A stretch of 32,000 nt of DNA from Candidatus Electrothrix sp. GW3-4 (GCF_037902255.1 NZ_CP147990.1:2700001-2732000); one strand, 5' to 3'. Counted from the first letter of the stretch, positions 8,398-17,258 are shown. Translations and numbers: made by a program. Notes: generated by a model not told the origin, from the letters alone.

Positions 8398-10491
8398 TCA
8401 GCTGGCCTCCGGCCCCTGACCTGCCTGATGACCTGAGGCAAGGCGGAAGCCGTAGGAGGCGTAGCGGTCGCCCGGCGAGCTGCGGAGACGGTAGGCGGAA
8501 CGGACGTTCCCGCCGTCGTAGCTCCACGAGCCGCCCCGCATAACACGGTTGGAGCCAGATGAAGGCCCTTGGGGATTTTCCACCACCCCTTGTTTCTGAC
8601 ATTCAACATAGTATTTGCCACGATACCAATCCTGACACCACTCCCAGACATTGCCGTGCATATCGTGCACCCCCCAGCCATTGGCCCGCTTTTCCCCGAC
8701 TGGATGGGTCTTGTCACCGGAATTACCGAGATACCAGGCATACTCGCCCAGCGATCTTTCATCGTCTCCAAAACAATATACTGAATCACTGCCTGCCCGG
8801 CAGGCGTATTCCCATTCCGCCTCAGTGGGCAGGCGATATTGCTGCCCGGTCTCCCGGCTCAGCCACTGGCAATACTCCTGAGCATCCTGCCAGCTGACAT
8901 TGATCACTGGGCGTTGCCCCCTGCCCCATCCCTCATCCTTCGGCTTCTTCCTATCTGTAGCCGCACAAAAGGCATCGTACTCGGCAAAGGTCACCGGATA
9001 ACGTCCCAGGGCAAAGTTGTCCACCTCGACCTCATGGATCGGGCCGTTATCTTCATCACCCATCTGAAAACGCCCACCGGGCAGAAATATCATCTCCGGC
9101 CCTGCTGCGTCATTACTGAGTCGTCGATCCCGAAAAGCGGGAGCGCCATATGTATCTACGTACCCTTGCCAGTTGAATCCGGCCAGATCAAGCACCGTAT
9201 AGATCAAATAGAAACGATCCGCAAGCACAAGAAACCGCACCAGCTGGTCCGTGGCCCGCAGAGGTTCCTGGCCGACCAGCTGCTCATGCACCACGCCCCA
9301 GGCCAGCAGGAACTCCTGCACCGTATAATGACTGAAACGAAAGGCCCGGTCCGAGTTACGATTGAGCAGGGAACGCCCGCCCAGCTCAAACTTGTTCAGC
9401 CAGGCAATAGTTGGATCTTGCTGAATCAGCTGTTGCAGATCCCCTTCCGAGATGATCCGGGTGCTGTTTCCGTCCCGTTGTATCTGCTCCGCAATCCGTA
9501 GGCAGGCCAGGAAGAGCTCCTTGCGCTCCGGCACCTGTTGCCCCGGATACTGATCGCGGAGCTTGCGCACTTCCCTGTCCAGCCACTCATCCACCAAGGC
9601 CTCATAGACCGTATAGGCATTCCATTCCTGTTGGCAGTTCTTATCAAGAAGCTTGTCAATATGCTGCAAAAGCATGGGCCGCATGCGCAGATCCTGCATG
9701 TGCTCCAGCAGGCAGAAGGCCTTTTCCCGCTCTTTTTTTACCCGTCCGTATTGAAAACTGAAGTGATACCAGCGCAAGGGGAGTTTCCGCTCAATAAAAT
9801 CCCGTACCTGCGTGTCATTAAAAGGAGAGATAAAGAGCACCGGGCAATGGTGTCCGGAGAAAATTTTGATCTCGGCTCGTCCGAAGTTATCCGGTTCCAT
9901 CGCCGGGAAGAACTGGGTCCGGCTGGAGATGATCACCCGGCGAAAATCCTCACTGGCCTGCAGGAGTTCCAGCAGGCGTTCCTGAATCCGCTTCCAGGCC
10001 TTGGGGTCTTCATCCAGGGCATCCAGCAGCAACACGGTTTCGCTCTTATTGGGCAGGGCCTGCACCCGCTCCAGGGTATCAGCACCCAGCTTGAATAGCT
10101 CGCAATAATGCCCCGGCGGCCAGAACTTGGTCAGGTGCATGAGCTTGATCATGAGGAGCAGGGAGGTCTTGCCCATCCCGGCATCGGAGAGGATGAACAA
10201 CTGGTGGCTTCCGTCCTTTTCAAGCGGCATCTTTTTATTCTGAAAAAACTCGTTTATCCACTCGAAAGCCGCTTGCCGGGTCGCTGTCTGATGCTCATCC
10301 CGCAGCTCATCCGCCGAATTCCGATCCTGAAGATGCGGTTCAATGTAAATATCCCGGAGCTGCTCTGGATCAACAAACTCATCCCTCAGGCGATCCAGCT
10401 CCTTTTTCCGCTCTTCGCTTATCCGCCCCAGCTTTTTCCAGAGCGGCTTAATCCAGGCCGGTTTAACAAAGGTCAACACTTCCAGCGCCAT
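8398..10491 (-). CDS. P-loop NTPase (NACHT/STAND-like) fused to C-terminal FGE/SUMF1-fold domain, paralog 2
   Basis: It is colinear with paralog 1, with roughly half the residues identical by eye (DGSHQLFILSDAGMGKTSLLLMIKLMHL, TVLLLDALDED, VIISSRTQFFPAM, RLPTEAEWEYACRAG, NGWGVHDMHGNVWEW, RVMRGGSWSY...YGFRLA). The preferred start is the ATG at 10491, which has AGGAGGAG 5 nt upstream and aligns with the paralog 1 N-terminus. The ORF-track start at 10539 is less likely. Confidence 0.85.
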   Translation of the reverse strand: MALEVLTFVKPAWIKPLWKKLGRISEERKKELDRLRDEFVDPEQLRDIYIEPHLQDRNSADELRDEHQTATRQAAFEWINEFFQNKKMPLEKDGSHQLFILSDAGMGKTSLLLMIKLMHLTKFWPPGHYCELFKLGADTLERVQALPNKSETVLLLDALDEDPKAWKRIQERLLELLQASEDFRRVIISSRTQFFPAMEPDNFGRAEIKIFSGHHCPVLFISPFNDTQVRDFIERKLPLRWYHFSFQYGRVKKEREKAFCLLEHMQDLRMRPMLLQHIDKLLDKNCQQEWNAYTVYEALVDEWLDREVRKLRDQYPGQQVPERKELFLACLRIAEQIQRDGNSTRIISEGDLQQLIQQDPTIAWLNKFELGGRSLLNRNSDRAFRFSHYTVQEFLLAWGVVHEQLVGQEPLRATDQLVRFLVLADRFYLIYTVLDLAGFNWQGYVDTYGAPAFRDRRLSNDAAGPEMIFLPGGRFQMGDEDNGPIHEVEVDNFALGRYPVTFAEYDAFCAATDRKKPKDEGWGRGQRPVINVSWQDAQEYCQWLSRETGQQYRLPTEAEWEYACRAGSDSVYCFGDDERSLGEYAWYLGNSGDKTHPVGEKRANGWGVHDMHGNVWEWCQDWYRGKYYVECQKQGVVENPQGPSSGSNRVMRGGSWSYDGGNVRSAYRLRSSPGDRYASYGFRLASGHQAGQGPEAS

Positions 10492-10583
10492 TCTGCTCCT
10501 CCTTCCCCAAAAAACGTTTTCCGCTTGCCAATAGATCAAGCACAGGTTTAAACAACAGAGGATACCATAAAAGAGGAGAAGAG

Positions 10584-11639
10584 ATGAACAAGGATTTCAT
10601 ACAACAGGCCTGCCAGCTCCTGAGTACTGCTGGCGATGCCTGGCCAGCGGACAGGATCCACCTCAGTCCCCTGACCCCGGACGGCTCCCTGCGCCGCTTC
10701 TGCCGGATTCAGCACGAAGACGGCAGAACGCGCGTGGCGATTGCCCCGCCCCCCGATGATGCGGTCGGACTGCAAGAGGCCATTGCTGGCTGGCAGATCG
10801 GCAGGCACCTCTTTGCTGCTGGCGCCCCGGTCCCGGAGCTGTATGCCTTTGCAGAAGAGACGGGCCTGCTGGTCTGTGAGGATCTGGGGGAGCAGCGCCT
10901 GCACGATCTCGTACAGGAGAAGGGAGTAGATTCAGAGCAGGTCATCCAGTTCTATCAACAGACCGTGACTGAACTGGCCCGGATGCAGGTACGCGGCTGC
11001 CAAGGCTTTAACTCGGCCTGGTGCTGGGACACCCCGCGCTACGACCGCGTCCTGATGCTGGAACGGGAGTCTGGTTATTTCCTCCAGGCCCTGTGCCGCG
11101 ATCTCCTCCAGCTGGATATGGACGAAGAAAACATTGCCCAGGATTTTCAGACGCTGGCTGACCGGGCCTCCCAGGCCGATGCCTCTTTCTTCCTCCATCG
11201 GGATTTCCAAAGCCGCAACATCATGGTTCAGCAGGGACGGGTCCGCTTTATCGACTACCAGGCAGGCCGCCTGGGCCCTCTGGCCTACGATCTGGCCTCC
11301 CTGCTCATCGACCCCTATGCTGGCCTGCCTGCCCCGCTTCAGGAGGAGCTGCTGGAACAGTATCTCGCCACCCTGACCGCCCTGCTTCCCTACGACCGCA
11401 GCCAATTCCGGCAGGAATATCTTCTCCTGGCCCTGCAACGCAATCTCCAGATCCTGGGGGCCTTTGCCTTTCTCAGCCAGCAACGGGGCAGGCCCTTTTT
11501 CCGGCAATACCTCTCCCCTGCCCTGCATAACCTACAAGCCTTGCTTGCCAAAACCGCCACATCGGAGTACCTTTGTCTCAAAGCCGTCAGCCGTCAATGC
11601 CTGGAACGGCTGGAGATAGCCAGGCCCGATCGTACCTAG
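10584..11639 (+). CDS. aminoglycoside-phosphotransferase-fold kinase, AmgK-like (anomeric sugar kinase family)
   Basis: 351 aa with the catalytic-loop and DxD-type motifs HRDFQSRNIMV...VRFIDYQAGRLGPLAYDLASLL, typical of the APH/choline-kinase fold. A GAGGAG SD lies upstream of the ATG. Confidence 0.75.
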   Translation: MNKDFIQQACQLLSTAGDAWPADRIHLSPLTPDGSLRRFCRIQHEDGRTRVAIAPPPDDAVGLQEAIAGWQIGRHLFAAGAPVPELYAFAEETGLLVCEDLGEQRLHDLVQEKGVDSEQVIQFYQQTVTELARMQVRGCQGFNSAWCWDTPRYDRVLMLERESGYFLQALCRDLLQLDMDEENIAQDFQTLADRASQADASFFLHRDFQSRNIMVQQGRVRFIDYQAGRLGPLAYDLASLLIDPYAGLPAPLQEELLEQYLATLTALLPYDRSQFRQEYLLLALQRNLQILGAFAFLSQQRGRPFFRQYLSPALHNLQALLAKTATSEYLCLKAVSRQCLERLEIARPDRT

Positions 11640-11677
11640 CAGAAAACATATCCATCAACCCGAGCCGACAGGTAGCC

Positions 11678-12394
11678 ATGAACAAATATCTTCATCTCCT
11701 TTTCGCAGGCGCTGTTTTCCTCTTCCCGTTCCAGATACATGCCCAGGACAAGCTTGCTCCTGTGGAGCAAAAACGGCAGGAGACAATGCAAACCAATATG
11801 GCCAAGAATATGGCAGAAAATATCCGCCAAAATTCGACGCTGAGCGAACAGGAAAAGGCATATATGTTTCGCTTGAGCATGCGCAAGATGATGATGGAAA
11901 AGATGCGCAGGTCTGGTAGAACAATCTGGGACTGGGAACCCACGGAATGGCAAAAGACCTTACCAGCTATCGTGGTCCAGGACGGGGAGGCCACCCAGGA
12001 GTACAGCTTTACCGACCTCATCAACGCGGACGGTTATCTCTGCCCTGGTTCCGCCCGGGCCTATAAGGCGCTCCAGGTTGCCCTGCCCATCCTTTACGGG
12101 AACACCACACCGGTCAAGGGCGATTTCAAGATCACCCACGGCGCAGCCTTATGCACCTCCCTGGTCTATGATTTTTTTATGGAGGGCTATACAGAGAAAG
12201 AATTTCTTGAACTGGACATGGGCCTGAAAGAAAAACTCATCTCCATCGAACGGCTCTCCACCGGCAAGAAGGTAAGGCTCGTCTTCATACCCTCAGCAGT
12301 CCGGGGGCATGATCCGGCAGCAGCTCAAGCAGGTGACGTTATCCTCCATGCCCAGGAGGGGGAAGGCATGACGGTTTATATTGAGGAGGGGTGA
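11678..12394 (+). CDS. secreted hypothetical protein with Met-rich region; possible FmdE-like CPG motif
   Basis: The ATG at 11678 gives a signal-peptide-like MNKYLHLLFAGAVFLFPFQIHAQ. The Met-rich stretch is ETMQTNMAKNMAENI...MFRLSMRKMMMEKMRR. The C-terminal part has DGYLCPGSARAYKA. The upstream extension to 11573 in the ORF track is unlikely. The product call is weak. Confidence 0.6.
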   Translation: MNKYLHLLFAGAVFLFPFQIHAQDKLAPVEQKRQETMQTNMAKNMAENIRQNSTLSEQEKAYMFRLSMRKMMMEKMRRSGRTIWDWEPTEWQKTLPAIVVQDGEATQEYSFTDLINADGYLCPGSARAYKALQVALPILYGNTTPVKGDFKITHGAALCTSLVYDFFMEGYTEKEFLELDMGLKEKLISIERLSTGKKVRLVFIPSAVRGHDPAAAQAGDVILHAQEGEGMTVYIEEG

Positions 12395-13232
12395 GGCAGG
12401 ATCGGCCCAATCCTATCCCCGCCCTGGCCACTCTTCCACGTCCCTTCCTCCCACTCCCGCTCCTCCCAGAGTGGACAACGGGCGCGTATACACTCTGGGT
12501 TTTTCTCGTATTGGTTACAATGGAGAACAGCCTCTGCTGGCAGGGCTCGACCGAAAAAGGCGGCGGAGAGACGGGAGGCAGAGACCAGGGCCAGCCAGGA
12601 ATCACGCTGACAGCACCGCCCCCCTTTATTCGAGCAATCTCGGTCAGGATCTTCGCGGTAAAGGCCAGGGCATTCTGACGCTCAGCCGCCTTTAACGGGG
12701 TCGCCTCCAAGATCAGGGCAGCGGCAATGCCAGCACCCACAGCTGCACCACAGCAGCCCCAAAATCCACAGACCCCACCAGGCACATTCGAGCCCCGATT
12801 GATCCCGGTGCTAATGATATCCTGACTGATTTTCCCACCGCTATTGCGATAGGCAGCCAGGATCACGCCAGGCACCAGGGCATGATGTTCTGGTCCGTGC
12901 ATCGGGACCGCAGGATGGTTGCGGATACGATTCATCAGGGCAATCAGATCCTTTTCCCTGCTGTTCAGGCAGACCGAGCGGATAACCTCAAGGCCTTCCT
13001 GCTGGTGACAACTATCGCAGACATAATGACCAGCCCCGCAGATACAAGGAGTAATGGCCTCGCGACCGCAGAAAAAGCAGCTCGCCGCTGTGCAGCTATT
13101 GCTTTGATAGACCAGCTCTTCACCGCAGATGATGCAACCACTGACATGACGGATAAAGGCAGCGCCTCCTGACTTGACGGCATTATTCGGCCCGGTCTCA
13201 TCTGGGGGACAGCGCAGCAGCAGGCCTCCTGC
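12339..13232 (-). CDS. fragment 3 of the composite gene: Cys-rich domain (zinc-ribbon-like CxxC pairs, HGPEHH, GFWGCCGAAVG motifs)
   Basis: A frame open from 13232 encodes ...[48 protein letters not shown]...MHGPEHHALVPGVILAAYRNSGG...VCGFWGCCGAAVGAGIA. It has no ATG/GTG/TTG start before 12935. From memory it resembles a family annotated DUF5714; this is unverified. Confidence 0.7.
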   Translation of the reverse strand, partial: AGGLLLRCPPDETGPNNAVKSGGAAFIRHVSGCIICGEELVYQSNSCTAASCFFCGREAITPCICGAGHYVCDSCHQQEGLEVIRSVCLNSREKDLIALMNRIRNHPAVPMHGPEHHALVPGVILAAYRNSGGKISQDIISTGINRGSNVPGGVCGFWGCCGAAVGAGIAAALILEATPLKAAERQNALAFTAKILTEIARIKGGGAVSVIPGWPWSLPPVSPPPFSVEPCQQRLFSIVTNTRKTQSVYAPVVHSGRSGSGRKGRGRVARAGIGLGRSCLTPPQYKPSCLPPPGHGG

Positions 13233-13990
13233 TCAATATTAGCAACAGCTCCTTCCTCATCAAGCAGAAAGACCTGCTCACTAAGCTGTTCTGCTTCCCG
13301 ACGCGAGAGTGCAGTGATATGCCCGCGTTCCAGACGCACTCCTGAGGGTGTTTCCAGAGCTGGCGCAGGCCCCCGGAAGAGACAACGAACCCGCTCCTCT
13401 TCCCCCTCAGCCCGTTCTGCCTTGCCTGCCTCATAGGTCAAGGAGTAAAAGAAATGCCCATCCACCTCCCGATAGGAAAAACGTTTATGGAGATAGATTG
13501 AGGAAAACCCACAATCCTCTAACATGGCAACAAGGTCATCCTGCTGCATGGCCCCGCCCAGGCACTCACCCCGATACTTGGTGCTGTTCTTAATCGCTGC
13601 ACTGATCGGCGTATCGCTGACCACATCAGCCACCACCAGCCGACCGCCCGGTTTGAGGATCCGCATGATCTCCAGATAGGTCCTGCGCTTATCCGGACTG
13701 AGATTGATCACACAGTTAGAGATAACCACATCCGCTGTTTCATCAGCCAAGGGAATGGCCTCCAGATAGCCTTTGCGGAACTCGATATTATCATAGCCCA
13801 GGTCGGTCACCACATGCTTTTGAGAACTGCGAGCCAACTCCAGCATGGCATCGGTCATATCAATACCAAAGACCTGCCCGCTGGCCCCGACCTCAGCAGC
13901 GGCGAGAAAGCACTCCACCCCGCTGCCAGAGCCCAAATCCACCACAGTTTCCCCTTTTTGAGGGCAGCATCCTTGACCGGACTGCCGCAC
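12965..13990 (-). CDS. fragment 2 of the composite gene: SAM-dependent methyltransferase (ArsM/UbiE-like)
   Basis: Contains [39 protein letters not shown]...[39 protein letters not shown]. Only about 13204-13951 looks genuinely coding in this frame. The tail after AVPQ is low-complexity. Confidence 0.85.
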   Translation of the reverse strand: MRQSGQGCCPQKGETVVDLGSGSGVECFLAAAEVGASGQVFGIDMTDAMLELARSSQKHVVTDLGYDNIEFRKGYLEAIPLADETADVVISNCVINLSPDKRRTYLEIMRILKPGGRLVVADVVSDTPISAAIKNSTKYRGECLGGAMQQDDLVAMLEDCGFSSIYLHKRFSYREVDGHFFYSLTYEAGKAERAEGEEERVRCLFRGPAPALETPSGVRLERGHITALSRREAEQLSEQVFLLDEEGAVANIEQEACCCAVPQMRPGRIMPSSQEALPLSVMSVVASSAVKSWSIKAIAAQRRAAFSAVARPLLLVSAGLVIMSAIVVTSRKALRLSARSA

Positions 13991-15573
13991 CCGTAGGATC
14001 GCTCTTTTGCCTCCTCAGGAATATAACCGTCCTGCCCTGCCGCCGGATGAAAGGGGTTAACGATCTCGGTATTGGCCTGCCGGGCAGCAGCACTGTAAAA
14101 CTCCTGCACTGGAGAATGGCCGTCGCTATCCGCCAGGGAGACCAGACAATTACAATGGGTCAGACGGACTGAGCCGTCCGAGCCGTTTTCTGTGTCCGGG
14201 CAATCATGGCGCACATCGCCCATCCGCAAGCGAAACAGCCCCTGATCAGGATATTGCATTGCCTGGCTCGTAATGAGCTGTAAGGCCAGCTGCTCATAGA
14301 GATCAATATAGGGATCATGCCCGACCAGCTCATGACCACTCACCCAGGAATGATCCGGGTCCCCACCGCCAGTTATCAACGATAAGGGACGCCTCCTCTC
14401 TTCCCCGGCGTCTATTTGACTGATCGTACGAATCTTGCGCAGCGTAAGGTTATTCTTCCAGATATCTGCCAGCCCCTGATCCAGATGCCCGCAGGCAAGC
14501 TCTTCCACCCGAATCAGGGCAGGGGAGGGATAGAGGGTCCCATCCGGGGCCACAGCCAGGGATTCCCAGGCCATATTGCTCAGGTCAAAACGGGCACCGG
14601 GAACGGCAAAGACCTGGGCCTTCATGGCCTCCAGATTATCGATCTTCATCCCTAACTCCTGACAGACCTCAGCGGCCTTAATAATCCGGGAGAAGAGGCG
14701 GACCACGGGCACAAACTGAGCGCTTGTTCCTTTGCCCTGGACAAAATGATACATTAGATGAAGGCCGCTGGCGCCCAGGGCATGGGCCTGACGGGCTATC
14801 TCATCCAGCCGTTCTACATTATCATTATTCACAGCCACGGAGACAGTAAAGGCCAGCCCTGCCTTGACAATGGCCTGAAGATTCACGCAAAGTCTACTGT
14901 AGGCATTCCGTCCCCGGAGAAAATCATGTTCTTCTTCCAAGCCGTCCAGGCTGACCTGGAGATGAATCCGCTCATGATCCATCGCCGCCAACTCGGCAAG
15001 ATGCTCCTGGAGGAGTAACCCATTGGTCAGGATCGCCACATGATGGGCCGGGTCCTGTTGCAGGACGTAGTCAACGGTCTGGCAAAAATCAGGATAGACA
15101 AAGGGCTCACCACCGGTGAAGTAAAAAAGATGGGTCCCCAGTGCCGTGGCCTGATCAATGGCATCGTGCAACCGTCCCCTCTTCATGCTTTCCTTCCTGC
15201 TTGGAGAGGCCGCAAAGAGGCAATGGACGCAGGAAAGATTGCAGGTATCGGTGAGATGAAACCAGATCTCTTGCAAAGACCCCAAACGCAGATGGTGATG
15301 GCGCCCCTGATAGGGCCGTGGCGCTCCTTGATCCAGGAGCTGTGCTAAACGGCGCAGATCGCGTCCGACCCTGTCTGGTTCTTCGTTGCGAAGATCACAG
15401 AATGCAGCCAGCCCGGCAGCCCGGTTGCCATGTTTATGACAGGCCCTGAGCAGTTCATCAATGCGGGTGGAAGGAACAAACCAATCCGGTCGCTCTTGGT
15501 CAATATACACCGGCATACCGGCATGTTCAATTCGATGCAGTCGTGTGAGCCATTGCATAGGCATGGAGAACAA
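13855..15573 (-). CDS. fragment 1 of the composite gene: radical SAM domain protein (CxxxCxxC) plus ArsM-like N-terminal region
   Basis: Contains [15 protein letters not shown] (a CX3CX2C radical SAM cluster motif) and FYFTGGEPF. The later [11 protein letters not shown]...YGCGSPV is the N-terminal part of ArsM-type methyltransferases. The last ~30 aa of the ORF-track product are out-of-frame read-through. Confidence 0.85.
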   Translation of the reverse strand: MFSMPMQWLTRLHRIEHAGMPVYIDQERPDWFVPSTRIDELLRACHKHGNRAAGLAAFCDLRNEEPDRVGRDLRRLAQLLDQGAPRPYQGRHHHLRLGSLQEIWFHLTDTCNLSCVHCLFAASPSRKESMKRGRLHDAIDQATALGTHLFYFTGGEPFVYPDFCQTVDYVLQQDPAHHVAILTNGLLLQEHLAELAAMDHERIHLQVSLDGLEEEHDFLRGRNAYSRLCVNLQAIVKAGLAFTVSVAVNNDNVERLDEIARQAHALGASGLHLMYHFVQGKGTSAQFVPVVRLFSRIIKAAEVCQELGMKIDNLEAMKAQVFAVPGARFDLSNMAWESLAVAPDGTLYPSPALIRVEELACGHLDQGLADIWKNNLTLRKIRTISQIDAGEERRRPLSLITGGGDPDHSWVSGHELVGHDPYIDLYEQLALQLITSQAMQYPDQGLFRLRMGDVRHDCPDTENGSDGSVRLTHCNCLVSLADSDGHSPVQEFYSAAARQANTEIVNPFHPAAGQDGYIPEEAKERSYGCGSPVKDAALKKGKLWWIWALAAGWSAFSPLLRSGPAGRSLVLI

Positions 15574-15674
15574 TCCTTGTTTTTATCTGTTGAATTGCTG
15601 GAGATCCCTCGAAAAAAACGTTACAACGCCAGCAGAGGAAAGGGACTACCCCGTCCCTGTCTTTGCAAACGAGA

Positions 15675-15715
15675 CCTGGAGGGCCGTAAGCGCGCATTGC
15701 CCGTTGCCCTCCAGG
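15675..15715. other. perfect 10-bp inverted repeat with 21-nt loop in the 514-bp divergent intergenic region
   Basis: cctggagggc (15675-15684) and gccctccagg (15706-15715). It lies about 100-140 nt upstream of the radical SAM gene start (15573, minus strand). Confidence 0.4.
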
Positions 15716-16087
15716 GCCTTTATACAGGGGTATTTCAGGATCTCGGCATGATATTGTAAGGATTTTCTCTTCAGAGCACAATCCTTTTTCCAAACCAGCC
15801 CCACAAGGCCTCTTGTTGTCTCTTTTTTTAGTTTTCACTTTGTCTGGAACATTCTCCGCGATATTATACACACCATGATGGCGCTTAAGGAATTATTCAG
15901 TCAGAACATTCGATACCGGCTTGACTTTTCCCAAGCACTCATTACGTTATACTCATTTAATACATACCTCTACTATCCTGCGACCCTAGGGTAGTAAAAA
16001 GCAGTGAAAAAAATAACGCTCACCGACGCCGCAAGCAGCAGAATAATCCCTACGCTTTGCGATACTGATCCAGAAAGGAGATGAGAT

Positions 16088-17149
16088 ATGAACCCATCCA
16101 TTACAACCTCACCGGTTCCCCAACCTCCGGTGGAACAAAATAATACCCCGGATGTTGCCCCGGAACAATCTGTCCAGGAGATAAACAGGGCTGTCCAGAA
16201 CAGCTCGGCCTGGGTGGGACTGCTGAAACGAGAAGTGGAAAAAAATATTATCGGTCAGGAGCGCCTGGTGGAACGCCTCCTCATCGGCCTGCTCTCAGGC
16301 GGCCATATCCTGCTGGAGGGGCTCCCCGGCCTGGCCAAAACCCTGGCCGTAAAGACCCTGGCTGCGGCCGTGTCCACGGATTTCCGTCGTATCCAGTTTA
16401 CCCCGGATATGCTGCCCGCAGATATCATGGGCACAGAGATCTACAATCCACAAAACACCTCCTTTGAGGTCAAACAGGGCCCGATCTTCTCCTCCATCAT
16501 CCTGGCGGACGAGATCAACCGGGCCCCTTCCAAGGTGCAATCGGCCCTACTGGAGGCCATGCAGGAAAAGCAGGTCACTATTGGTGAAACCACCTTTTCC
16601 CTGCCCGAACTCTTTCTGGTCCTGGCCACCCAGAACCCCATTGAGCAGGAAGGAACTTATCCCCTGCCCGAGGCCCAGGTGGACCGTTTCATGCTCAAGG
16701 TGGTGGTGAATTACCCCACCCGCAAGCAAGAGCGGCAGATCCTGGACATGGTGGAGCATACCGACTCCAAGCTCGCTGTGCAGCCGCTCATCGCTCCCGA
16801 GGATATCCTCGGGGCCCGCAAGGTGGTGGACACTATCTATCTGGACGACCGGATCAAGGAGTATATTGTGGATCTGGTCTTTGCCACCCGGGAACCAGAA
16901 GGCATCAGCACGGAGTTAAAAGACTATATCGAGACCGGGACCTCGCCCAGGGCCACTATCAACCTTAAGGCTGCGGCCCGGGCCCTGGCTTATCTCAATG
17001 GGCGCGGTTATGTGATCCCGGATGATATCAAAAACTGTGCCCCGGATGTGATGCGCCATCGCCTGCGGATCAGCTATGAAGCGGAGGCCGAAGGGGTCAC
17101 CAGCGAGGATATTATTCAGCGCCTGCTGGATACGGTACCGGTACCGTGA
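16088..17149 (+). CDS. moxR: MoxR-family AAA+ ATPase
   Basis: 353 aa with IIGQERLVERLLIGLLSGGHILLEGLPGLAKTLAVKTLA (Walker A), ILADEINRAPSKVQSALLEAMQE (Walker B and sensor) and ATQNPIEQEGTYPLPEAQVDRF. GGAG SD lies upstream. Confidence 0.95.
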   Translation: MNPSITTSPVPQPPVEQNNTPDVAPEQSVQEINRAVQNSSAWVGLLKREVEKNIIGQERLVERLLIGLLSGGHILLEGLPGLAKTLAVKTLAAAVSTDFRRIQFTPDMLPADIMGTEIYNPQNTSFEVKQGPIFSSIILADEINRAPSKVQSALLEAMQEKQVTIGETTFSLPELFLVLATQNPIEQEGTYPLPEAQVDRFMLKVVVNYPTRKQERQILDMVEHTDSKLAVQPLIAPEDILGARKVVDTIYLDDRIKEYIVDLVFATREPEGISTELKDYIETGTSPRATINLKAAARALAYLNGRGYVIPDDIKNCAPDVMRHRLRISYEAEAEGVTSEDIIQRLLDTVPVP

Positions 17150-17258
17150 TGTAAGAGGCAGAGGCCAAAAAAACGAAAGACAGCATTCGCAGTCCCTTTA
17201 AGGGCTTATATATCTTCACCCAGGGCAACACCTTGGGTCTGTGCAGCAGCCAAGATAC

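Larger units (their letters stand above)
12376..15573 (-). pseudogene. composite radical SAM + ArsM-like SAM methyltransferase + Cys-rich C-terminal domain gene, interrupted by three 1-nt frame disruptions
   Basis: Homology runs across frame boundaries. Frame 1 ends ...[18 protein letters not shown] and the next frame continues [18 protein letters not shown], one continuous ArsM-type motif. The break is at the AAAAAGGGG run, 13951-13959. The second break is at the C5 run (13204-13208) and the third at the G6 run (12619-12624). All three need a -1 shift. The repaired ORF is about 1065 codons and ends at TAA 12376-12378. Confidence 0.75.

Noticed and set aside
5427-8560. Diversity-generating retroelement (DGR) targeting the FGE/C-type-lectin-fold C-termini, with the Asn-codon-rich (AAC/AAT) 21-nt array as the template repeat
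   Set aside because: There is no reverse transcriptase gene anywhere in the window. The array (7846-8139) shows no nucleotide similarity to the 3' ~150 bp of either NTPase-FGE gene, so there is no TR/VR pair. The hypothesis cannot be supported from this sequence.
8124-8789. ORFs 8124-8789 (221 aa), 8180-8602 and 8310-8543 as real genes
   Set aside because: They overlap the well-supported 3' end of NTPase-FGE 2 in other frames. Their products are Arg/Pro/Gly/Ala-rich, typical of out-of-frame translation of GC-rich DNA. They have no start context or motifs.
13951-13959. Programmed -1 ribosomal frameshift at C-AAA-AAG joining the radical SAM and methyltransferase parts
   Set aside because: A-AAG slippage is known in bacteria, and a -1 slip here gives a perfect ArsM motif. 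However, the same gene needs two further -1 corrections at unrelated C5 and G6 runs. Three programmed events in one gene is implausible, so mutation or sequence error is the simpler explanation.
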